In this document: in pieces, positions 12,276 through 24,560 of the stretch | Numbering within the stretch: the stretch's first letter is position 1 | Layout: each line of letters opens with the position of its first letter | Assembly (NCBI RefSeq): GCF_963921235.1 | Contig: NC_086097.1 | Span: forward strand, 232,316,001 to 232,380,000 | Direction of reading: 5' to 3' | Origin: Mobula hypostoma | Taxonomy: Eukaryota | DNA: 64,000 bases | Translations under genes and position numbers: made by a program | Notes under the pieces: generated by a model | The model's input: only the letters and a program-made list of their open reading frames with translations | Databases searched by the model: none | Told to the model about the DNA's origin: nothing

Positions 12276-13129
12276 CGTCACGTGATCGGCAACAATGAAT
12301 ATATCGAGTCAGAATTTATAAACAAACAAACATTTTTTAAACCCTGATAAACAATGAAAAAAAAATGAAAACCCTAACCGGAAGTAAACGGCTATGCGGC
12401 CATTCAGTAAACCGCTACTCAGTACTAGTTCTGAAAGTGATAAATGCGAAACCAGTTCTTAAAGCGATAAATTCAAACACAGTTGCTCGAATGGTAAATT
12501 TTAAAGTCCAAGAGATTTATACAGTCAATTAGGAGAGACTTTCATGAAGTAACGAATTCCTCGAAGACATGACGTCACTGCCACTCCTAGTCGGATTCTG
12601 CCTTGTCCACAGGATTCACGACAACGGAAATAGAATGGTTTTAAAGGCATTGACCTTCTTCCTCCATAGAATAGATGCTGCACAGCCTTTCTGCCACGTT
12701 TAGCGGAGACTGTCTCATGCAGATGACTTTCTTGAATGAATTCAATAATGGTCGATCCTTTCCAAACCCGTCGAACGTCTCCTTCAGGGTCCCGTCTTCA
12801 CTCTCCAGTGTTACTGAAAAGATACATTAACAAACCTGGCAGTGATTGCCAAACTGCCAGCTCAAGACTTCTGTACCTTACATTAGAACATAAAACTCCG
12901 TTTAAAATCAAAACTGTGTCATAATGCAAATAAGCAGCAGAGCGGAGTATCTCATTGACGTTCTAACTGGAAAACTAACTGTGTCACCAGGGGTCTTCCC
13001 TTCTATACACGTGGTGAACATGTCATCACGTGACCTCACATCGGCCGGAAAATTACATCAGGTGACCTCCAAAAGCCCATTACGTCATTCTCACAAGAAA
13101 GTCACAAGATTTCCTTGAGGTATGTAACA
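12276..13129 (-). mobile_element. Solo LTR (Gypsy-like)
   Basis: Termini cGTCAC...GTAACA (left TG mutated). 4-bp TSD GCAG at 12272-12275 and 13130-13133. No ORF. Orientation inferred from a TATA-like site near 13005 on the minus strand. Confidence 0.75.
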
Positions 13130-13584
13130 GCAGTGAATGTGGCCGTCTGAGCAAATACGGACATGGAATTTTCATCCGAATGTCCCAAGCTCTTCCTCTG
13201 TTGTACTAGAGATAGCATTCTACAATGCTTAATTCATGTGGAAAATAATACTCTGATTCGCTTTTTTTAATGTAAGGTCTGTAACACCAGTTCTCCTTCT
13301 GTCACTGCAGATGCTGCCTGAGTTTCCAGCATATTTCCAATGTTTTCTGTTTTAGTACAGATGTTACTTTCTTGCACACAGGAGATTTTGCAGATGCTGG
13401 AAATCCAGGACTGGAGAAGGGTCTCAGCCCAAAACATCGACATTCATTTCTATGGATGTTGCCTGAACTGCGACCCTTCAGCAGTTTTATTTTATTTAGC
13501 GATAGAGTGCAGAGTAGGCCCTTCCGGCCCTTCGAGCCACGTTGCCGTAGCAATCCCCAACAGACCGCTGTGTACATACATCTA

Positions 13585-14505
13585 CTGATGCTTCTGGACA
13601 CATCTTCAGTGATGTTCCTGGAATCATCTGGTGTTTCGGGTCTTTCAACATCATACAACCTCCTCCAGGTGACCCGGCCGGGGCTGATCAGACCCCAGCT
13701 TGTGTACAGATGGCTAGCTACTTATGACTCCATGGCTCCCCTCTTTTGAGCTACAGCCATCATGAGGCCCTCTCTGTCTCATTGGTGGTACTGCGGATGG
13801 CTCTTCTCTTCCTCTCTCCCTCGATGCCCAAAATGCTGAAGGCTCTAACTAAGGAACGGGCTACGAATCCCCTACAACCAACCTCCACTGGGAGACACCT
13901 CACTCTCCATCCAGCCTGCTGACAGTTGCCGACCAGTCCTGTGTACTTGGAGAGCTTCCTTTCAAAGGCCTCTTCCAAGCTATCTTGCCATGGGACTGTC
14001 AGCTCCAGCAGCACCACTTGCTTAGTAGACTCAGACACTAGGACAATGTCTGGTCGCAGGGTGGTGGCTGCAATATGGTTGGGGAACTTTAGCTGCCCTT
14101 CGAGGTCCACCGACAGCTGCCAGTCCCTTGCAGAGGTCAGGATGCCTGCAGGTGTTCTTTTGGCAGGTATTGGCTGCTCCCCAGCTCTGACAAAGGCAAT
14201 GGTCTGCTTGGAGGGTCAGGACCGCTTCGCCCACTCAACTCCTGCGCTGACGGCTTCAGCGATGGTCTTCAGGACCTGATCATGCCTCCACCTGTACCGT
14301 CCCTCACCAAGTGCCCTTGCGCAGCGTCTGAGGATGTGCTCCAGAGTTCCTCGCTTGGAGCACAGTAGGCACGCCGATGACTCTGCCTTGCCCCATATGT
14401 GCAGGTTTGATAGGCTTGGAAGCACATCATACACTGCCTGGATGAGAAATTGGATGCGGTGTGGTTCGGCTTTCCAAAGATCAGCCCAGGTCACTTACCT
14501 CTCAA
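13585..14505 (-). mobile_element. Hero-clade (R2-like, RLE endonuclease) non-LTR retrotransposon, 5'-truncated
   Basis: CLLC..GTLEHIL..C zinc knuckle, YRWRHDQVL, LRPDIVL..VLLELTVPW..ERKLSKY (PD-(D/E)xK RLE), PVEVGCRGF. Frames disrupted. 3' UTR ~13585-13715. Confidence 0.9.
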
Positions 14506-14874
14506 CCGCCTGATTAACCCTAACCTAATCATAGAGCACTTTGCAATGATCAATTGACCTACCTGGTATGTCTTTAGACCCTTTTCTTGCTACCTTTGTT
14601 TATTGGCTGTGCCCTCTACAAAGGGAGGTGTCAACATATCAAAGGATCTACCATGGGCCTGACATATTGATGCAATCACCCACTATTTCATTAGGAGTTT
14701 GAGGAGATTTTGTGTGTCTCCAGGGAGTCCTGCTACTTTCTACGTGTGTACGACGGAGAGCATTTTGACTGGTCTATCACAGACTGGTAGGAAGCATCTA
14801 ATATACAGGATTAGAAGAGGCTTCTGAGGGCTGTAGACTCAATCAGCTCCATCATTCCCATCTTCCCACCATCG

Positions 14875-16810
14875 AGCAACAAGAGAAAATCTGCAGATGC
14901 TGGAAATCCAAGCAACACACAAAATGCTGGAGGAACTCAGCAGGCTAGCTAGCATCTAGGAAAAGAGTACAGTTGATGTTTCAGGCCGAAACCCTTCGGC
15001 AGACTGTAGGAAAAAAGCTGAGGAGTAGATTTTAAAGATGGGGGAGGGGACAGAGAACCACAAGGTGATAGGTGCAAACGGGAGGGGTGGGGGGGGGATG
15101 AAGTAAAGAGATGGGAAGTAAATTGGTGAAAGAGACAAAAGGCCATGGAGGAAAGAAAAAGGTGGAGGAGCACCAGAGGGAGGCGATGGGCGGGCAAGGA
15201 GATAAGGTGAGAGAGGGAAAAGGGACTGGGAAATGGTAAAGGAGAGGAGGGCTGGGGGCATTACCGGAAATCGATGTTCATGCGATGGCCTCCCACCTAA
15301 GTGTGGCCGTATCACAGCAGCGGAAGAGGCCATGAATAGATATATTGGAATGAGAATGGGAAGTGGAATTAAAATGCAAGTGGAATCTATCATTCAGGGC
15401 CCTAAACAACCCTTCCAGGTGAGGCAACACTTCATCTGTGAGTCTGTTGGTGTCATATACTGTGTCCGGTGCTCCTAGTATGGCCTTCTGTATAACAGTG
15501 AGCCCTGACATAAATTGGGAGTCCACTTTGCCAGGCACCTATGCTCCATCTGCCAAAAAGAGTGGGATCTCCCAGTGGCCACATATTTTAATTCCACTTC
15601 CCATTCCCATTCCGATATATCCATCCATAGACTCCTTACCTACCCATCACTTCTCTCTGGCACTCTTTTCTCCCTTTTCTTTCCTCCGTGGCCTTCTGTC
15701 TCTTTCACCAATTTACTTCCCAGCTCTTTAGTTTATCCCCTCCCCCTTCAGGTGTTAACTAGTGTTTCTCTCTACCCTCCCCCACCACACCTTTTAAATC
15801 TATTCCTCAGCTTTTTTTTCACCAGTCCTGCCGATGGGTTTCAACCCAAAACGTCGACTGTTTACTCTTTTCTTAGGCTCCGTCCACACTAGACTCGATA
15901 ATTCCGTAACCGAAGCTTTTTCTCTTCGTTTTGACCCTCCGTCCACACTGAAACGGCGTTTTCCGCCCCCAAAAGCAGAGCTTTTCTAAAACACTCTCCA
16001 GAGTGTTTAAATCTGAAAATGCCAGTTGGCCGTTGTAGTGTGAACGGGGTAACCGGCTAATTTTAAAAACTCTGTCATGACGTGCCGGAACAAATAGTGG
16101 CGGCAGTGCGGCAGTTCATTGTTTTCTTGAACGCAACCTCCAACACCACAACAACAATATCTGACAATAGACGTGTAACAGCCTAATGTAACATTGTATG
16201 GAAATACAAGATAACACTGATGCAGACATGTTTTATATATTTAACAAGGTGCTTTATTAATGTATTGCTTGTGCAAACATTCAATAGATGCAATTGTCAC
16301 TTTTGCCCAGTAATTCATTTTATTGCACATGTTAAATACAGCAAAATAATACTGTATATAAAGACATGGCAAAAGTAAAGGCAAACAAATGAGGTACAGC
16401 AAATTTCACTTTTGCCCAGTAACAAGCCTTATTGCATTTAGTTGTAGCTGTCGTCCCTTTCATCAGTGAAGAGACTATGGCTGTAGAAAATGTTTCTGGA
16501 CAAACGTGCACCAAGTCTTTCAGTTGGCAATTTCCTTTTAAGTTTTTCTAGTCTGTAACTGGACAAACGCGCACCAAGTATACCGTTTCCTCTTCTCTTG
16601 TTTTCTGTGTGTCCTGCGCATGCCCAGTAGGAGGAGATTTGCCCAAATATCCATTGTAATGTGGATGGAGGTATTTTCAAAAACGCCTGGTGTGTGGACG
16701 CCTATCGTTTTTATGCGAAACCGGCGTTTTCAAAATTATACGGACTAGTGTGGACATAGCCTTAGATGCTGCCAGGCCTGCTGAGTTCCTCCAGCATTTT
16801 GTGTGTGTGT
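14875..16810. mobile_element. Penelope-like element with inverted arms, interrupted by a Harbinger MITE
   Basis: TSD TTCCCACCATCG at 14863-14874 and 16811-16822. Minus arm 14875-~15380; plus arm with IIQGPKQPFQVRQHFICESVGVIYCVRCS (GIY-YIG) from ~15390. Degenerate hammerheads (CTGCCGA) at ~14970-15006 and ~15824-15860. Confidence 0.85.
15876..16761. mobile_element. PIF/Harbinger non-autonomous DNA transposon (MITE)
   Basis: TIRs GGCTCCGTCCACACTAG / CTAGTGTGGACATAGCC. TTA TSD at 15873-15875 and 16762-16764. Subterminal GTCCACAC repeats. Confidence 0.9.
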
Positions 16811-17619
16811 TTCCCACCATCGCGGGAGTCTTCAAGACGCAGTTCCTCATGAGGGCAGTATCCATCACTAAGGACCCTCACCACATGGATTTCTACCACC
16901 TGGGAAGAAGTACAGCAGCCTGAAGACCCACACTGAACATTTTCGAAACAACTTTTTTCCCCTATGCCATCCGATTTCTGAACCGTCCGTACACCCATGA
17001 ACATTTGTCCTTTGCATTTACTTATTTTGCAAGCGAGCTAGCTGGAGTGTTTGCTGACATCTTCAACAGCTCCTTGCTTCAGTCTAAGATCCCCTCGTGT
17101 TTTAAGAAGGCAACGATGATCCCAGTGCCGAAGAAGAGCAAGGTGGCATGCCTGAATGCCTATCGACCTGTGGCTCTGACATCAATTGCTATGAAGTGCT
17201 TCGAGAGATTGGTTATGGCACACATCAACCACAGCCTACCAGTCAACCTCAACGCTTCAAATCTCCGGACCTGCCTCTCGGTATTTTTGCACTACCTTAC
17301 TTTCCATTTTTCTATTTTCTATTTATAATTTATAATTTAAATTTTTAATATTTACTAATTTTTACTATTTTTAATATTTAATATTTATAATCCAGGGAGC
17401 GGAAAGCGCAGAATCAAATATCGCTGTGATGATTGTACGTTCTAGTATCAATTGTTTGGCGACAATAAAGTATAAAGTATTTATTTTTGTAACTTACAGC
17501 CATTTTTCAAAAAAATCTCTTGCACTGTACTGCTGCTGTAAAAGCACAAATTTCACGGCACCTGTCAGTGATAATAAACCTGATTCTGGTTGTGTTAGGT
17601 TTATTTTGGGAGGAGTTCT

Positions 17620-18110
17620 ACAGAAAGTCCAATTAGGAAGAGCTGAGCCTTGGGCTGCCAACCCTGCCATACAGTGGCGCCAAGCCTGCGAGCGGCCGGA
17701 ACACCATTCGTTTCCTATTGGCTGCGGCTCCAGTCAATCATCGAACCGCGCCCCCGTCTTCGTGACGCAGTTTCCGGCTGCCGTGCTTGCCGCCTTCGTT
17801 CGAAGTTTGTTCTCCACTTGGAGCGACCGGCGATTCAATCCTTGAAACCCCTTCAGGGGCTGAGGTAAGAAAAGCGGGGCGAGGGGGGCAGAGGCACTTA
17901 GCGGAAAATAGGGAGTGTGAAAATAAGACGGGACAAAGTAGAGAGAACAACTGCGGAGACGCGGGATGCAGATGCCGTGGTCTGAGGCAGGAGCTGACCG
18001 CCTGAGGAGCTGGGCGAGCTGGGCAGTGTACCTGCGGCCGGAGGAGCCGCCGGACGAGAGCATGCAGCCGCTGTCCCTCTCCTTTCGCAGATGCTGCTCG
18101 ACCCATCGGG
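17620..18110 (+). promoter_or_regulatory. CpG-rich housekeeping-type promoter
   Basis: Non-repeat CpG-dense stretch. Inverted CCAAT (ATTGG 17717-17721), CRE half site TGACGCA 17763-17769, ETS site TTCCGG 17772-17777, GC-box-like GGGGCGAGGG 17876-17885. Confidence 0.7.
17775..17864 (+). other. Probable non-coding first exon of an unidentified host gene
   Basis: Follows the promoter motifs, contains no ATG and ends at a consensus donor GAG|GTAAGA (GT at 17865-17866). TSS position is a guess. Confidence 0.55.
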
Positions 18111-18738
18111 GGTTTGTTGTTGTATTGCGAAGGCTGCAAGTCCAGGGAGATTATAGAGCAAATGCAGGTACAGAATTGGGAGTTCAGCTGTGTGCAGAAA
18201 GCATAGAATGCTACAGCACAGGAGTAGGCTCTTCGGCCCATTGTGTCTGTGCCAGCGCGATCTCTGTACTGCCACGATGTCAGTGTAAACTAAACCCATC
18301 TGCCTCTATATGGTCTCTATCTCCTGCCTGTTCAAGTGCCTGTCTCAATGCTTCCATCTTCTACCCCGGCACTTATTCTATGCAAATACAAATGCCTTGT
18401 GAGCCTCCTTTAAACTTTCCCTCTCTCATTTTAAAGCTATGTTTCCACCCTGTGGAAAAGACTGACTATTTTTATCTCATTTTATTTACAGACCATCTCC
18501 AGGTGATGAATGGGTTCTGTTTTTACGGGGGTCCTTAAATCAACTTTGCCCATAAATTGGAAAATGCATGAAAATCATCCCATGGTAACTAAACCTCCAT
18601 AGTATTGTAATAAATGACATCAAAAACACAATACTGATAAGAAAGAACAATTATTAAAAGAAAGGAAACTAGTTCTGCCATTCATCAGAATTAACATATC
18701 TAAATAATGTTGGACTTTTGAATTTTGTACATATTGGT

Positions 18739-19021
18739 AACACAAAATGCTGGAGGAACTCAGCAGCCACACGGCATCTATGGAAAAGAGTAAATAGTTG
18801 ACTTTTCAAGCCAAGATCCTTTACTTCTCTGACTTCTCTTCCTTTCCAGTCCCCCCACTTCTTACTCTGACTTCTCATTTTTTTTTCTCCCATTCATTGA
18901 AGGGTCTCAGCCCAAATGATTATCTGTTTACTCTTATCCATAGATGCTGCCTGGCCTGCTGAGTTCCTCCAGCATTTTGTGTGTGGTGCTTGGATTTCCA
19001 GCATCTGCAGATTTTCTCTTG
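18739..19021. mobile_element. Short PLE-derived fold-back insertion
   Basis: Inverted arms (cacaaaatgctggaggaactcagc / gctgagttcctccagcattttgtg). TSD TTTGTACATA(T/G)TGGT at 18724-18738 and 19022-19036. Confidence 0.8.
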
Positions 19022-19049
19022 TTTGTACATAGTGGTGTCATTTGTAATC

Positions 19050-20800
19050 TGGGGATGGCCTGTACTTCTATTGACCCTCCAGCGAAACCAATCCAAGTTT
19101 GTCCAGTCTCCCTGTATTTCTAATATTCTCCAATCCAGACAACATCCTCATACACTTATGCACCTTTATCAAAGCACCATTCTTTGGGTAATGTGCAAAC
19201 CAGAATGTTGCAAGGACTTGGCAGTCTCCTAACTGATGAAGACAATTATGCTGTATGCCTGCTTTAACTGTATCAATGCTACAGTAGTCCTGTCATTTAC
19301 CATATAATTTGCTCATGATTTTACCCCCTAGAATGTCCAATTTCATACTTGCCAGGACAAATCCATTTAATGTTTCTCTGCCCATATTTCCATCTGATCT
19401 GTTGCCAACTGTAACTTTTGACAGCTTTTCTCACAATGCTCAAAACACTAATTTGTATGTCACCTGCTGTCTTAGTAATTAGCTTAACCACATTTTCATT
19501 GAAATTGTTATACATACAATAACAGAGGTCTCAGCACTGATTCTTGTGGAACGAGGAGGTAAAATCATGAACAAGTTATACAGTAAACGGCAGGACCCTT
19601 GTAGCATTGATGTAGAAGAATCGAAGAGCAAGTTTATAGTTTACTGAAAGTAGCAACACAAGTGAACAGAGCAGTACAGCAGGCATACGGCATAGTTGCC
19701 TTCATCAGTCAGGGAACTGGCAAGTCACATTTTAGCTGGCTAGGCATATTTGGCATATTGTGCAACACTCTGTTGCATTACACGTTACAAATCTCTGGTC
19801 AGAATGATATTCCTTCAGCATTACCCTTGGTCTTCTATGACTAAGTCAATTTTAAATAATTACCAACTTTCCATGGATCCCATGCATCTGGATCAGACTA
19901 CCACGAGGGATCTTGTTGAAAGCTTTACTAATGTTAATCACCTTCATCAGCACCTCAAAAAAAAACTGGAGTTAGTCCTCCCCCTCAGAAGTCCATCCCT
20001 AAGAAGTCCATTCTTTTCTGGATGTGAATAAATTCAATACTTAGGAAACTTCTCCAGTGGTTTTCCTATTACTGATGGAAGACTCTCTAGCCTGTAATTT
20101 CCTGGTTTGTCCCTTTTGCTCTTAAAAGAAAGGGGCAACATTGGCTGGTCCTCTGGGATATTGTCTGTCCTAAAGAAGATACAAATAACTTTTGTGAAGG
20201 CCACAGCAATCTCTTGATTCCCTCAATAATTTAGGATAGATCCCAACAGCCCCAGGGAATTTATTCGTCTTAATGTTATGCAAGAGAAACAAATCAACAC
20301 CTCCTTGATATAAGTATGCCCTAGAATAGCAGCATTCTTCTTCTTGATCTTACTGTCCTCCATGTCCTCCTTGGTGAATACATATGTGATTAGTACCTGC
20401 CCACGTTCTCTGGCTCCAGGCATAAATTCCTTCCTTTGTCTTTGAATGATCCTATCCTCTTTTGAGTTAAAGCTCTCTTGTTTTAAATGTATGTATAAAA
20501 TGCCTCAGGTTGTCCTTAAGTCTACTCTCCAATGACATTTAATGGCACCTTTTAATGCTCCTTATTCTCTGTTAAGTTATTTCCTGTATCTTTTGATATT
20601 CTTTGACGGCCCTGTCCAGTCTCAGCTTCCTAAACCTCACATATGAGGTCTTTAAATGACTCCCACATATCAGATGTGGACTTGTTCAATGACGGCTGCT
20701 CCCAATCTGGTCTCTCTGGCTCCCGCCCGATAGTGTTATAATTAGCCTTTCCCAGATTTAGTACTTCTCTCTGAGGTTCAGTGGTATCCACAATTATCTT
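19050..20800 (-). mobile_element. Highly degenerate CR1 fragments (mostly minus, with a plus piece at ~19560-19730)
   Basis: Residual similarity to CR1 ORF2 (LNLGKANYNTIGRE..DWEQ..WESFK; YVFTKED). Confidence 0.55.
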
Positions 20801-22659
20801 AAAACTTGATACTGATGAGTTGACCATCTGTACTGTCCATGTCTTCTGAACCGACCAGACTTGATAATCAAACAGTAAACTTCAGAAGAGTTTGCAGTTT
20901 GTCCACTTTGTTGGGGAGCTTTGATTAGGCCAGACGATGTGGTGAAAGATTTGAGATTAGTTCTGTGGCTAAGCATTTAGATCTGCATCGAGTCTCAGTT
21001 AGTGAAGTGCGAGTGCTATGTTAGAGGGTTAAAGCTTGATAACTTGAGGCACTATCTGTGGAAGGAAATGAGCAGCTGAAATTTCAGGTCAAGACCCTTC
21101 ATCTAGACTGGAAAGAAAGAAGAGAGATAGTTCATATTTTAAAAAAAGGGAGGGAAGGGATGGAGCAGGAGTAGGCAGGTTATAGGTGAGGTGGGGTAGC
21201 AGGTAGATGAGGGATGAAGAGAATTGGAATTATGAAGTCTGGTCAGTTCAGAAGCTGGGAGGTGATAGTTAGAATAGTTAGAAGTGATAAAGGACTGAGG
21301 ATGATGGCATGTTAGAACTATAACATATAATTCAGGCCTCAACTAGTGTATAATTCTGAACGTGATACTGTAAGTGAGATCTGATTGTATTAGAGTACAG
21401 AAGAAAGTTCAGATTTTCAGGGCTGCAATCTTGGCTGTGAGGAAAGATTGGATAAATGATGTTGGGATGAGGTTTTGAGAAGATTTATTTCTTGGCAGAA
21501 AGGTAGGTCATTGTGTCTTAAAATAATTGACAGGGTGTGATTAGAGGGCAGATGAGTTATTTTTAGCTCAACTTGAGAATGGTGGAGGTCTGGATTTCAG
21601 TGTTGGAGTGTGGGATATTGGAGACAAAAACTCATTATTTAAACAAATACTGCATATGCATGTAAATCTGTGAACCACTGAGTTCAAGTCCAAGAGCTAC
21701 AACAGAGGATTAAGCTGGATTTCTTTTCTAGAGCTAATTGGATGAAGTGTGTCATTCACTTTTATTCTGTTTATCCTGTACTCTTGCCATTGAACTAGAA
21801 AAATGCTTTTCACTGGGATTGACAGGATTTGATCCAAACTTTGTGGGCTGTCTGCCTGGACTTTGTATGTTTCACCTGCGACCTCTTGGGATCCCGACAG
21901 GTACTCAGTCCAGTTTTCTCCTCTTTCCCCAAGATGTGCTAGCTGGTTAATTGGCTACTCTGAACTACCAACAGGAGAAAGTCTGCAGATGCTGGAAGTC
22001 CAAAGCACACCCGCAAAGTGTTGCAGCATCTATGGAAATGAATAGAATACTCTAAATTTTTCCCTCAGTGTGGCTATGTCATGTGAAGTTGCAGGGATCC
22101 AGGGAAGTAAGGTGATGCTGGGAGCCATTGTGCACCCAAAGGATGAATAGTCTTCTGCATTGTACTGTATTAAGTAAGTAATTTGTTGTTTAAGGTGTCT
22201 ATGTATCCAATAAACCCACTAGAATATTAATCTTATTTGTCATAACCAAAACAAAATGCATAACAAAGGAGGCTTTGCTGAAACTGCAGGTTCTCCCCTG
22301 TTTATGAACACCCAACTTGTGTGCCTTGCGTATGAATAAACATTTGGAAGACTGGCAGGATAGATTTGCTGACAGTTACCATGTGAGAGTTTTTTTTTTG
22401 GACTCCATTTCTGACTTACAAACTATGGGTTGTGAGCAGTTCACAGGCCAGGAACCTGTTGTAACCCAGGGGGACCTGTGCAATATTCAACAAAACCATC
22501 CTTGAGTTTGCTTCAAGTTTTGATCTCAGAAGTGTAAAGGAGTTATTATAGCATTTGAGCCACTGCAGAGTGTAGCTTCTTGTAACTAATGAGAATGAAG
22601 AAATATTAGTTTTAAAAAGTTGAAAAGATGTGTCTGTGAGGTGATGGAATTCCAGTGTG

Positions 22660-24560
22660 AGTCTGTAAGAAATGGGAGCTGAAGTGGGTCATTTGGTCTT
22701 TCAACCCTCGTCTGCCAGTCACCAAGATCATGATTCATTTTGTATTAGTGTTACTTTCCATCACTATCACCATATCTCTATTATTATTTTATTACCTGGA
22801 AATCTATCAGTCTCTATTTTGAATGAGCTTGATAACCGAACCTTTACAATCCTTGAAGGTAAGAACATTCTAAACCAGGGATGGCCAACCTATGGCGCAT
22901 ATGCCAAAAGTGACGCATTGGATGATTAGAAGTGGCGCATTGCACCCCAGTGGTCATAATAAAAAAGTAAGCCTACTCATGCAAAAAGTATTAACCAAAA
23001 ACAGATTTGTAGAAAAAAAATCTATAACAGAAATTCAAGTAGCTTAGAGCTAGAAATGGGTTTTACTGAAAATAAATCTAAAACTTAGCAATTATTTTTA
23101 GCGATTATATTATTTCGTGCACATCTTTTGGCGAATCTTATCTTCTTTCACATTAATCTATTTTCAATTTTTAAAAAAGTTCAATGAGTCAAACTAGGAA
23201 AGAAGGACTTTTGCTCTGTAGTCGTTCCATAACAGTTCAATACACGTCTGAGATTTGTTTGATCCTGAGGCGCCAGCCGTCTTCACCAGCGGTGCGTTGC
23301 AGGTTTTTGCCAGTCAGTTTACAATTGACACTCGTGCGCTACGCAGTTGTGCTTTGTTCGTCCTTTCAGAACATTTGCAGTTTTGTACTTTTTCGAAAAT
23401 TAAGCCTTGTTTTTACATTCAGTTACCCATCACAGTGCAAAAGAAAATGAGCAAAAGAAAAGCAGAAAGTGATAGTAAGTGTGAATTCAATGAACAGTGG
23501 GAAAATGAGTTCTTATTTATAGCGGGTCCGTCAGGAAAACCGTTGTGCATTGTTTGTGAAAACACTTTCTCACATAATAGAAGACATAATCTTAATAGAC
23601 ACTATAAAACACAACATCAGACTGAAATAGAAGGAAAACTGAAGCTAGTGCTTGGGTTTGAGTTACGAAAAGAATATGTGATTAAGAAAAAGGAAATCAA
23701 AAGAAGACAAAATATATTTGTTAAGAGAAGTCTCATTAAGGTAAGTAATGTTTATCTTGTTTTTATATTAAATCAATATGTCATGTAAAAATGCTAAATA
23801 TGTCTATATTAACATATTTTTACAAGAATTGAATGGGGGGGGTACAAGAATTGTATGGCGCATTTGAACTCGTGCGTGAAAAAATTGATGCATGGAATGT
23901 AAAAGGTTGGCCACCCCTGTTCTAAATGTTCATCGTAGTCTGAGTGAAGACATTTTTTCTCATGTCAGTTCTAAATAATTTAACCCTGATTCTCAAATGG
24001 TATCCGCTACTCCAAGACTCCTTAGCCAGGAATAGCACCCGCTGTATATCCAGTTTGTCAAGTCCTTTTGAGGGGGTTGGGGCGTGGCGGTGAAAACTGG
24101 TTGAGATCTCTCTCATTTGTCTAAGCACTAAAGAATACAGTTTGAGTCTGCTGAATTTCTAACCATCCACGGAACTAGTTTAGTGGATCTTTTCTGCACT
24201 GCTTCCATGAGGTGTGTATCTTTTCAGGGTATGGTGAGCAAAACAGTACACAATACTCTGGGTGTAGAATTATCAAGGACCTGCACATTTGCAATTACCA
24301 TTCCTTACTCTAATCAAATTGTCTTATTACAAAGGCTTAACCTGTCATTGGACATCAGGTGTGCTGCACCTGATTTTTATCTTTGTTCACTTGTGTATGG
24401 ACACGCCCATCTTCTTTTGAACATCATCACTACCCATTCACTCACCAGTTGACATTCTTTGTATATCTGGTGTCCACCAACATGGGTGACCTCACATTTT
24501 CCATATTATATTCTATCTACCATATTCTTGTCTATTCAGTCAGTTTGTCCCAGTCCTCTT
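22660..24560 (-). mobile_element. Old CR1 3' fragment split by hAT insertion
   Basis: CR1 motifs on the minus strand (KGLDKLD..GYHLRIRVKLFRTDMRKNVFTQ) continue on both sides of the hAT. Confidence 0.65.
22876..23919 (+). mobile_element. hAT (SPIN/GTF2IRD2-EPM2AIP1-like) internally deleted element retaining the N-terminal zinc finger
   Basis: 16-bp TIRs CAGGG(A/G)TGGCCAACCT. 8-bp TSD TTCTAAAC/TTCTAAAT (22868-22875, 23920-23927). From ATG 23447: MSKRKAES..FNEQWENEFLF..KPLCIVC..HNLNRHYKTQH. Confidence 0.9.

Larger units (their letters stand above)
14630..17590 (+). mobile_element. Rex1/Babar 3' fragment split by later insertions (PLE plus MITE, and a second Rex1 piece at ~17030-17477)
   Basis: Rex1 sequence at 14630-14874 resumes at 16823 and ends gtgataataaacctgattctg at ~17568-17588. 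ORF 17005..17328 has [41 protein letters not shown]. Confidence 0.7.

Noticed and set aside
13600..13645. Hammerhead words (GAAAC ... CTGAAGA) in the Hero 3' UTR
   Set aside because: Helices I and III cannot be formed in hammerhead geometry. Reported instead as an unknown pseudoknotted fold.
14514..14530. Telomere-like TAACCCTAACC
   Set aside because: Only about 2 units, and part of a common SINE body (also at ~27845 and ~40511).
17738..18538. Overlapping ORFs of 109-190 aa around the CpG island
   Set aside because: Expected from high GC content. No recognisable domain, and they run into repeat-derived sequence.
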